A DNA stretch of 64,000 nt from Candidatus Poribacteria bacterium (GTDB lineage Bacteria; Poribacteria; WGA-4E; WGA-3G), in contig OZ253447.1 in NCBI GenBank assembly GCA_965261115.1, forward strand, positions 1,977,656 to 2,041,655. The letters run 5' to 3'. Shown here in pieces: positions 47,479 to 55,441 of the stretch. Made by a program: the position numbers and the translations under genes. How positions within the stretch are numbered: position 1 is the stretch's first letter; the number at the start of each line of letters is the position of its first letter. Under the pieces are notes generated by a model, which saw nothing but the letters and a program-made list of their open reading frames with translations, was not told the origin of the DNA and did not search any database.

Positions 47479-48255
47479 ATGGAATATTTAGCATACGGAA
47501 AAACGGGTTTAGAGATCTCACGGCTCTGCTTCGGCGCAGGACGGATTAAGAACACCTGCAATACCATCGAAGCGGGTAGCACGCTGATGTTGAAAGCACT
47601 CGACGAAGGCGTTACCTTCTGGGATACCGCCGAGGGATACGGAACACAACCGCATCTCGGAGACGCAGTCCGACAGATTCGCAGAGATGAAGTCGTCATT
47701 CAGACGAAGACCGGCGCGAAAGATTACGAGGGTGCCAACGCGAGCATCACGCGTTCGCTTCAGGAGCTGCAAACGGATTACTTAGATGTTTTGCTCTTAC
47801 ATGGCATTTCCACCCCTGAAGATTTGGTATCACGGGAGGGGGCATTAGACGCATTCCGAGAAGCAAAAACCGCTGGCAAAATCCGGGTCATCGGTTGCTC
47901 CACGCACATTCACACAGGGCCTGTGATGGACGCGGTGATTGATCACCCAGAACTTGAGGTTATCCTGGCGACAGCGAACAAAGAGGGTAGGATGTTAGAA
48001 GGGGGTTCCCTTGACAAGCATCTTGCGTACATCCAACGTGCCTATGACATCGGTAAAGGTATCAGTATCATGAAAGTCGTTGTCGCCGGTGATGTCCCTG
48101 AAGCAGATATACCGGAATGGATCGAGTGGGGGTTCAACCTCGAAACGGCACATGCCATCAATCTCGGTATGACGGAGTATCGCCATATCACATTAGATGT
48201 CGGGCTTGCACGCGCCAGTGCAAGACGGCGTTTGATACAACGCAAAGCAGCATAA
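47479..48255 (+). CDS. Aldo/keto reductase
   Basis: GKTGLEISRLCFG, WDTAEGYG, TK, SLQELQTDYLDVLLLH; ATG 47479 after GGAGG. Confidence 0.9.
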   Translation: MEYLAYGKTGLEISRLCFGAGRIKNTCNTIEAGSTLMLKALDEGVTFWDTAEGYGTQPHLGDAVRQIRRDEVVIQTKTGAKDYEGANASITRSLQELQTDYLDVLLLHGISTPEDLVSREGALDAFREAKTAGKIRVIGCSTHIHTGPVMDAVIDHPELEVILATANKEGRMLEGGSLDKHLAYIQRAYDIGKGISIMKVVVAGDVPEADIPEWIEWGFNLETAHAINLGMTEYRHITLDVGLARASARRRLIQRKAA

Positions 48256-48258
48256 CTT

Positions 48259-48345
48259 TTTCTTGTAGGAGGGGTTTGTAACTCCGATTTCTTGTAGGAG
48301 GGGTTTGTAACTCCGATTTCTTGTAGGAGGGGTTTGTAACCCCGA
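48259..48345. repeat. Three tandem 29-bp GTAG-REP units
   Basis: TTTCTTGTAGGAGGGGTTTGTAACYCCGA x3. Confidence 0.85.
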
Positions 48346-48359
48346 TGTTTTTATAGTGT

Positions 48360-48887
48360 ATGAAGCAACTACGCGGCAAACCGCTCAAAGATTTTCTGAA
48401 ACAGACGGGATCGCCAGAAAAAGAACTAATTTTTATCCTACAAGATGTGCAGGATCCCGTCAATGTCGGTTCAGCATTTCGGATAGCGGATGCGTGCCGT
48501 GTAAAAGAACTCATCCTAACAGGTATCAGTGCGCAACCGCCACACCCGCTTGTCCGAAAAGTCGCACGCGGGAAGCATCGACGGGTAAAATGGCGATATG
48601 TAGAGCAGGCAGCTGACGCAATCGTATCGCTCAAAGCGGACGGCTACACAAGTTGTGCTCTCGAGGTCACCGCGCAGTCAGTCCGTTACGATGCAGTGGA
48701 CTATCCGAATAAAATTTGTCTCATCGTAGGACATGAGGATCACGGCGTGACGAAACGGACGCTTGCTGCCTGCGATATGGTGATTTTCCTTCCGATGTAC
48801 GGCGCGGGAGCATCGCTGAACGTTCATGTCTCGTTAGGCATCGCCGCCTACCACATCTTGCACCACGACCGATTCATTCCTCGGTAG
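48360..48887 (+). CDS. TrmH/SpoU family RNA methyltransferase
   Basis: DPVNVGSAFR, VGHEDHG, LPMYG...SLNV SPOUT motifs. Confidence 0.9.
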   Translation: MKQLRGKPLKDFLKQTGSPEKELIFILQDVQDPVNVGSAFRIADACRVKELILTGISAQPPHPLVRKVARGKHRRVKWRYVEQAADAIVSLKADGYTSCALEVTAQSVRYDAVDYPNKICLIVGHEDHGVTKRTLAACDMVIFLPMYGAGASLNVHVSLGIAAYHILHHDRFIPR

Positions 48888-49043
48888 GTTCGGTTTCCGA
48901 ACCGAACCGGATCCTACGCGGAAATCTTGAAGACTCCAAAAACTCTTCAGTCGCGTAGCGACGGAATGTTTATAGCAGCTATTTTAATCAGAAAACGACG
49001 ATTGGTTTGTTACGTCAATCGTAGCGAGGTCCACAATTAAAAA

Positions 49044-50117
49044 ATGTCAGAAACAATGCGCGCCATTATGTGTCGCGAACCTTTCGATTACCGACTTGAA
49101 GAGGTCCCGATGCCAGAAGCGGGGCCCGGTGAAGTCGTTATTAAAGTGGATGCCTGCGGCGTTTGCGCGAGCGACATCAAATGCTACACAGGCGCGCCGC
49201 TTTTCTGGGGCGACGAGCACCGTCAGCCCTATGTAGAGGCACCCGTGATCGCTGGACACGAATTCATCGGTGAAGTCGTGGAACTTGGTCCAGGGGCAGG
49301 CGAGAAATATAAACTCGAAATCGGAGATCGCGCAATCGCGGAGCAGATCGTTCCGTGTTGGGAGTGTCGATACTGCCGAACGGGGAAGTATTGGCTCTGC
49401 CAAGTCCATAACATCTACGGGTTTCAACCAGTTGTCAACGGTGGTATGGCGGACTATATGAAGTTTCCAGCGCGTTCGCTCGTCTACAGGGTGCCTTCTG
49501 AGATGCCGATAGCCAATGCAGCGGTGATTGAACCACTCGCTTGCTCGATTCACGCTGTCCAGCGGGGTGATATTGAATTTGGTGATGTTGTCGTGGTGGC
49601 GGGGGCAGGCACGCTTGGACTGGGTATGATCGGCGCGGCAAAGTTGAAAAACCCCGGCGTACTTATCGCTATTGACCTGATGCCGAAACGGTTAGAGGTT
49701 GCTAAGAAGTTGGGCGCAGATATCGGGATCAATCCGTCGGAAACGGATGCCGTGCAAGAAGTATTAGATATGACGGAGGGGTACGGGTGTGATGTCTATA
49801 TCGAAGCGACGGGACATCCGAAAGCGGTTGAACAAGGACTGCACATGATTCGGAAGGCAGGCACGTTTGTCGAGTTCAGCGTGATGCGAGAACCGGTGAC
49901 TGTGGACTGGACGATTATCGGGGACACGAAAGAGTTGAACATCCACGGTTCGCATTTGGGGCCATACACGTATCCATTGGCGATTGACTATATCCACCGC
50001 GGTTTAATCAAGGTCGAGCATATCGTAACCCATCAATTGCCGTTGGAGGACTATCTTACGGGGTTTGAGATGGTTCAGCAAGGAACAGATTCGATTAAAG
50101 TGCAGTTAGTGCCGTGA
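49044..50117 (+). CDS. eltD: Zinc-dependent polyol dehydrogenase, erythritol/L-threitol dehydrogenase-like
   Basis: GVCASDIKCY.GA..FWGDE, GHEF, CxxCxxC...C lobe, GAGTLG; subfamily assignment from recalled similarity. Confidence 0.7.
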   Translation: MSETMRAIMCREPFDYRLEEVPMPEAGPGEVVIKVDACGVCASDIKCYTGAPLFWGDEHRQPYVEAPVIAGHEFIGEVVELGPGAGEKYKLEIGDRAIAEQIVPCWECRYCRTGKYWLCQVHNIYGFQPVVNGGMADYMKFPARSLVYRVPSEMPIANAAVIEPLACSIHAVQRGDIEFGDVVVVAGAGTLGLGMIGAAKLKNPGVLIAIDLMPKRLEVAKKLGADIGINPSETDAVQEVLDMTEGYGCDVYIEATGHPKAVEQGLHMIRKAGTFVEFSVMREPVTVDWTIIGDTKELNIHGSHLGPYTYPLAIDYIHRGLIKVEHIVTHQLPLEDYLTGFEMVQQGTDSIKVQLVP

Positions 50118-50162
50118 ATCATAATGGGCAAGAGAGATCTCTAACTGCATAGTAGGCACAAG

Positions 50163-50765
50163 TTACTGTGCCGTACTTGCTTCTTTGAAGACAGCATTAA
50201 TCGCCCCAAAAAGAGTTGGCAAATTATCCACGCTAAAGTTTATTTGATTTTGGGTGAAGGCATCCCCAACAAGGCGTCCAAATTGCCAAAAGGTGCCATC
50301 GCTAACAATACCGTATACAGGAACATCCGAATCGGCGTTAATTTTTTGCGCTGCTACTAATTCCGCGAGGCATTGGGCCCAGCCCTGCTCAAAGTCGTTT
50401 TTCTTCGCCTCAACCAGCATTATCAAGGGTGTGCCGACAACCGTCATGCCCAATTCAGATTTTGTAGCGATGAGGTAATCCGGCGTGCCGCTCAAAATCT
50501 CATCATAGATGATCGGCTCCCTTATCCAGAGGGCATAGTTATCAGCATACGCCTTGTAAACTTCCCTTAAGATCGGAAAGATAATTGCCTCACAACGTGA
50601 TGCCTCAGACGAAAGAACGTTGATATTTTGCAGGGTAAACCTAAATTCTTGAAGAAATTGCTCCGGAGGATTCGCTGCCTCAACCTTAAAAAAGTCACTT
50701 GTCATATATTTGATTCTAAATTGTTCTTGAACTTCAGAGAGTTTTTTGAAATCGCTAAATGCCAT
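50163..50765 (-). CDS. PD-(D/E)xK-like hypothetical protein (HsdR-N-like)
   Basis: SEASR, GTPDY, VEAKK, GWAQCLAEL, YGIVSDG..WQF. Confidence 0.7.
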   Translation of the reverse strand: MAFSDFKKLSEVQEQFRIKYMTSDFFKVEAANPPEQFLQEFRFTLQNINVLSSEASRCEAIIFPILREVYKAYADNYALWIREPIIYDEILSGTPDYLIATKSELGMTVVGTPLIMLVEAKKNDFEQGWAQCLAELVAAQKINADSDVPVYGIVSDGTFWQFGRLVGDAFTQNQINFSVDNLPTLFGAINAVFKEASTAQ

Positions 50766-51073
50766 TGTATTAAGCCTCCGCCTTCGGTCGAATCAAAAGT
50801 CCTTATCTTGAGTTTTCCGCTTTTCTTTTTGACCTCCATTGTTGACTTTAATTGTACTATAGTCTTGGGGAAAAAGCAAGGTGTGCGTATGATAATATCA
50901 GAGCCATTCAGTTTATAGTAAAACCCGTAATTAATTATACACCCGTCCTTGCACAAGTCGGCTCGTAGGGGCGAGGTTCCCTCGCCCGTCGGAACTAAGA
51001 CAAAGGGCAAAGCCGATGTCAAAAAATGAAAAGACATCCGCTTTGCCCAAAGATTTTTGGAATCTACTATCGG

Positions 51074-51367
51074 TTATTTCCGAACGGTCACTGTTCGAGA
51101 CGAGATAGTAATGGAACCAGCAACCACACCGATGATGAAGTCAATTGGGGTATATAAAGTTGTAATCTCATAATCGGTTGCTCCGCCTGCCATGGCGTTT
51201 GTGTCAACGTCGTTGATCGGTACGAGTCCCCATGCAATATACCATTGGCGTGCCTCTGTGGTATCATAACCTTGTGCGCCTTTCCCGACTTGATGGACGT
51301 GTGCTGAACAGCCGATGACGAACAACATTCCTACGATAAGAAAAGCAGCCGAAAGTCTTCTAAACAT
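51074..51367 (-). CDS. Bor/Iss-like small lipoprotein
   Basis: Lipobox VIG-C; WYIAWGLVP; terminal TVTV. Confidence 0.7.
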   Translation of the reverse strand: MFRRLSAAFLIVGMLFVIGCSAHVHQVGKGAQGYDTTEARQWYIAWGLVPINDVDTNAMAGGATDYEITTLYTPIDFIIGVVAGSITISSRTVTVRK

Positions 51368-51409
51368 GAATTCCTCCTTGTGGTGCGCGCTTCCACGGCG
51401 CGTCTACCG

Positions 51410-52024
51410 TTATTTGTGGATCAAATTAATAGAACCAATTGATGATTCAATGGCTCGCAGCTCCGTTTGGTAAACATCTCTGGGAACGCGATAGTCAACC
51501 TCGAAGACGAGGGTTTCTGGTGCGTCGCAGATGAGTTTGATGAGTACGAAATCGGCAGCGATAACCATCAATTGATGGATGCGAAATGCATCTTTCATAA
51601 AGATTGTCTGCTGAACCGTTGCATTTGGAAATTGGTTTCGGTAAGCAGTTGTAAGAGTTTCTAATAAAGTTTTGTCTGGCGCGATCTCCACACCATTTAA
51701 CTTTGACACAACACATATCGCCTGCGAACCTTCGTTCAAGAAAATCCAGCGCGGCACTATCTGGAGTCCCTGCATGAGTTGTGGGGCCAGTTTGTTGATG
51801 ACTTGCGCGAGCATTGAATCGTCAATCTTTTTCCAATTCTTCGGTGCACCCATTTTTATTCTCAGCGTTGTATCTGTTACCATAGGTTCAAGTCGGTTCT
51901 CATCGACCTTAAAAACAAGCGTTTCGTAAGGCTGTTTCTTAGCGTTAGGCGAATCACATCCAACGAAACCGATGATTATGATGCTACACAATAGAACTTG
52001 GAGAAATCCTGACCGATTTTTCAA
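51410..52024 (-). CDS. Hypothetical lipoprotein
   Basis: Lipobox FVG-C; 204 aa. Confidence 0.65.
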   Translation of the reverse strand: MKNRSGFLQVLLCSIIIIGFVGCDSPNAKKQPYETLVFKVDENRLEPMVTDTTLRIKMGAPKNWKKIDDSMLAQVINKLAPQLMQGLQIVPRWIFLNEGSQAICVVSKLNGVEIAPDKTLLETLTTAYRNQFPNATVQQTIFMKDAFRIHQLMVIAADFVLIKLICDAPETLVFEVDYRVPRDVYQTELRAIESSIGSINLIHK

Positions 52025-52237
52025 CGTTTGCTCCGCGACAGTGGGACTTGAAGTCTGGTTCGTGATTTATCAAGTTGATTGTACCTGAATTTAACATGAT
52101 ACCACGTTTTTAGACGATCGTCAAGTTTTTTCTTCACACAGCCCTTAGACCTGTCTGCATCCCGCAAGTTAAAGCATGGGGTCTTGACGGGAAGAGTGAT
52201 AATTGAATGCCTCTGGAGTCGGATTCAGATGTCGTTC

Positions 52238-52266
52238 TTGAAATATCTGTGAGTATTTGCTATAAT
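52238..52266 (+). promoter_or_regulatory. Putative sigma-70 promoter for trpDC
   Basis: TTGAAA-N17-TATAAT with TGn extension. Confidence 0.6.
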
Positions 52267-52298
52267 TATAAGCATCATATTTTTGGGAGGAATACTGC

Positions 52299-53309
52299 GT
52301 GATTCGTGAAGCAATTCAGAAAGTTATGGCGGGAAACGCCCTAACCGAAGCAGAGATGATTAACACCATGAACGAGATCATGGCGGGTGAGACGACGGAC
52401 GCACAAATCGCCTGTTTTCTGACTGCACTGCGGCTTAAAGGTGAAACGATAGAAGAGATTACGGGGGCAGCGCGCGTCATGCGTGACAAAGCTACACCTG
52501 TTCCCACAAAGCACCCATTGGTTGTTGACACGTGTAGCACAGGTGGCACAGGGCTGAGTCTGTTTAATATCTCAACAACTTCCGCTTTCGTCGTCGCAGG
52601 GGCAGGTGTGCCAGTCGCAAAGCACGGAAACCGAGGCGTAACACGACAGAGTGGCAGCGCGAATGTGCTAATGGCGTTGGGTGTGAATATCGAGATTGGT
52701 CCTGAACATGTTGGACAGTGCATCGATGAGGTCGGTATCGGTTTTCTATTTGCCCCGGCACTGCACGGTGCAATGAAGTATGCTATCGGACCGCGACGGG
52801 AGATTGGTATCCGAACCATTTTTAATGCCTTGGGTCCGTTGACGAATCCGGCTGGGGCACAGGCACAGGTACTTGGGGTTTACGCGCCGGAACTCACTGA
52901 AACGCATGCCAATGTGTTGAACAACCTTGGATGTAAACACGCCTTTGTTGTACACGGCGATGACGGTTTAGACGAAATCACAACGACGACAACTACGCGC
53001 GTCTCGGAGCTGCGAAACGGTGCTGTTAGTACTTATACACTTGATGCGACGACGCTTGGGATCGCCAAAGCGGAATCCGACGCACTCTTGGGCGGTAGTC
53101 CCGATGAGAATGCTGAGATTACAATCAATATTCTGAACGGTGAAAAGGGACCTAAACGCGATATTGTCGTGTTGAATGCAGGAGCAGCGATCGTTGCGGG
53201 TGGGAAAGCGGACAGTCTTGAGGCTGGGATTGAATTCGCAAACGCATCCATTGACTCAGGCACGGCACTCACAAAGTTAGAAGGCCTAAAGTCAATGTCG
53301 AATGCGTAG
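52299..53309 (+). CDS. trpD: Anthranilate phosphoribosyltransferase
   Basis: KGET.EE, FNIST, VAKHGNR, RTIFN.LGPL.NP, GLDE. Confidence 0.95.
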   Translation: MIREAIQKVMAGNALTEAEMINTMNEIMAGETTDAQIACFLTALRLKGETIEEITGAARVMRDKATPVPTKHPLVVDTCSTGGTGLSLFNISTTSAFVVAGAGVPVAKHGNRGVTRQSGSANVLMALGVNIEIGPEHVGQCIDEVGIGFLFAPALHGAMKYAIGPRREIGIRTIFNALGPLTNPAGAQAQVLGVYAPELTETHANVLNNLGCKHAFVVHGDDGLDEITTTTTTRVSELRNGAVSTYTLDATTLGIAKAESDALLGGSPDENAEITINILNGEKGPKRDIVVLNAGAAIVAGGKADSLEAGIEFANASIDSGTALTKLEGLKSMSNA

Positions 53310-53336
53310 CCTATTAACGGTAGAGGGATAAACGAA

Positions 53337-54146
53337 TTGATATTAGACACAATCATAGCACATAAACAGAAAGAGTTAGCAGCTGAACAGGCAGAGATGC
53401 CACTTGCGAAGTTGGAAACGGAGATTGAAAATCTTCCGCCGACGCGGGATTTTGGCGCAGCTTGCAAGCCAAAACTTGCTGTCAAAAGCCGTGATGCTAT
53501 TACGGAAAACCGGACTATCAAACTTATCGCAGAAGTGAAGAAAAAGTCACCCAGTAAAGGCATCATCCGAGAAGATTTCCATCCGGTTTCGATTGCTGAA
53601 ACCTACGTCAAAAATGGGGCTGCTGCTATTTCCGTTCTCACTGATAGACATTTTTTCGCCGGTGAACTCGACTATCTGCGGGCAATCCGTGCTGCTGTTG
53701 ACGTACCGCTGCTAAGAAAAGATTTTACGATAGATCCATATCATATTTACCAAGCGCGTGTCGCTGGAGCGGATGCAGTCTTACTAATTGTGGCTGCATT
53801 GACAGCAATACAGTTGCGGACGTTCATGGATGTCGCAGCGTCGTTATCATTAGCGTGTCTCGTGGAGGTACATACACGTGAGGAATTGGCGATTGCCTTG
53901 GATGTGGATGCCCAGATTATTGGTATCAACAACCGTGATTTGCATACATTTCACACGGATATTGCGACGACATTCGAGTTACGTGAAGCAATCCCGACGG
54001 ATCGGGTTGTGGTGAGTGAAAGTGGTATCTATTCGCGTGAAGACGTGATAAAGCTGCAAGAAGCCGGCATCCATGCGATGCTTGTCGGTGAGTCCTTGAT
54101 GCGGAGTCCTGACATCGGAGAGCAAGTTCGGCGTTTAATCTCTTAA
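53337..54146 (+). CDS. trpC: Indole-3-glycerol phosphate synthase
   Basis: IAEVKKKSPSKG, ISVLTD..FF.G, LRKDF, GINNRDL, SESGI, LVGE.LM. Confidence 0.95.
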   Translation: MILDTIIAHKQKELAAEQAEMPLAKLETEIENLPPTRDFGAACKPKLAVKSRDAITENRTIKLIAEVKKKSPSKGIIREDFHPVSIAETYVKNGAAAISVLTDRHFFAGELDYLRAIRAAVDVPLLRKDFTIDPYHIYQARVAGADAVLLIVAALTAIQLRTFMDVAASLSLACLVEVHTREELAIALDVDAQIIGINNRDLHTFHTDIATTFELREAIPTDRVVVSESGIYSREDVIKLQEAGIHAMLVGESLMRSPDIGEQVRRLIS

Positions 54147-54147
54147 G

Positions 54148-54315
54148 TAGGACTGACGCATTTCCTCTTAAAGTCCCCCTGATAAGGGGGATTTAGGGGG
54201 TTTTTTTGCTGGAGGTGTTTTTGCTTGGGTATTTCTGCGGATTTCTTAAAAACGTTTGAATATCTACTTTTTGTGTGAAAAATATCCGTTTCCTACTAAA
54301 TTTGCGTAAGCCCTA
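54148..54315. mobile_element. MITE family 4
   Basis: TTAAG|TAGGACTGACGCA...TGCGTAAGCCCTA|TTAAG. Confidence 0.7.
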
Positions 54316-54346
54316 TTAAGGATACAGACAAACCTATCCGCGGGAA

Positions 54347-54784
54347 CTACAAGGAAGTGATGGTAATGCCGTGGCGTTTTAGGAGGGCAGTGGTTACGCC
54401 GTCGCCAGACGTGAGCGTCCCTGAAAAAGTGCCGTCGTAGATGTCTCCACACCCACACGACGGACTTCTCGCCTTAAGAATCACTTGCGTTGCCCCGTGT
54501 GATTGTGCAACCTCTAAGGCGTGATGCGCGCCCTTCAAATATGCCGCAGTCACATCTATTCCATCAACAGTCATGACTTTCGCCTTACCATTAAGCACAT
54601 CATCCCCATCACCACCGACGATTTCTGCTGGAGGGCGCGGCGTTAACAACCCACCCGCCTCTTCCGGGCAGACAGGGATCAGTTCGACCGTTTCCGATTG
54701 TTTTATGGCTGTTTCATTTCGGCTGTCGCCACCGTCGTATCGGCAGCGGACACCAAGGAGACAGGCACTAATAACTACCTTCAT
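54347..54784 (-). CDS. DUF523 / 2-thiouracil desulfurase-like protein
   Basis: SACLLG..CRYDG, VCPE, PRPP, LKARSPSCG. Confidence 0.9.
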   Translation of the reverse strand: MKVVISACLLGVRCRYDGGDSRNETAIKQSETVELIPVCPEEAGGLLTPRPPAEIVGGDGDDVLNGKAKVMTVDGIDVTAAYLKGAHHALEVAQSHGATQVILKARSPSCGCGDIYDGTFSGTLTSGDGVTTALLKRHGITITSL

Positions 54785-55436
54785 CTTCTCGCAATTCTTT
54801 GAACTGATTCATGATTAAGTCCGTCTCACCTGCTTTCAGCTGCAGGTATGCGTCTTCTAACTCACAGAGGATCGCGCGCAGTAATGAAGCGCGGCAGACC
54901 TCGGTATTCTGATCTTCCGAGTGTGCACATGCTATCTGTACAGACGTTGCTGTCTCACGCAATTCAGGTGGAAAATCCGCTAATACGATATTGACATTCA
55001 CACCGAAGCCTAAGACAAAAAACGGGTGCTGTTGGGCATCATAAGCGAATTCTGTTAGGACCCCTGCCACTTTCCTTTTTTCGATGCGGACATCGTTGGG
55101 GGGCTTGATCCGCGCGTCAAGGCCATGCGTCTCTTGAATTGCACGTGTGATCGCAATCGCGCCGATGAAATTAGGGAGCGGGACTTGATCGCTTAGCAAC
55201 CGATGCTTAAGCACAACCGACACGAGCAGACACTTGCCCGGCGGTGCTTCCCACTTTCTGCCATATCTTCCACGACCTGCGGTTTGGTGTTCCGCAATTA
55301 TGAGTGTCCCCTCTGCTGCACCTGTTTTTCCACGCGCGATTGCAATATCATTGGTGGAGGCAACTTGCGGGTAATGCTCAATCTTACATCCGATAAGAGC
55401 AGTCTGAAGCGTTGTGCCAAAGTCCTTAATATCCAT
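54768..55436 (-). CDS. birA: Biotin--[acetyl-CoA-carboxylase] ligase (catalytic domain only)
   Basis: STND, QTAGRGRYGRKW, KPPND, KVAGVL.E, GFGVN. Confidence 0.88.
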   Translation of the reverse strand: MDIKDFGTTLQTALIGCKIEHYPQVASTNDIAIARGKTGAAEGTLIIAEHQTAGRGRYGRKWEAPPGKCLLVSVVLKHRLLSDQVPLPNFIGAIAITRAIQETHGLDARIKPPNDVRIEKRKVAGVLTEFAYDAQQHPFFVLGFGVNVNIVLADFPPELRETATSVQIACAHSEDQNTEVCRASLLRAILCELEDAYLQLKAGETDLIMNQFKELREDEGSY

Positions 55437-55441
55437 AAGTC

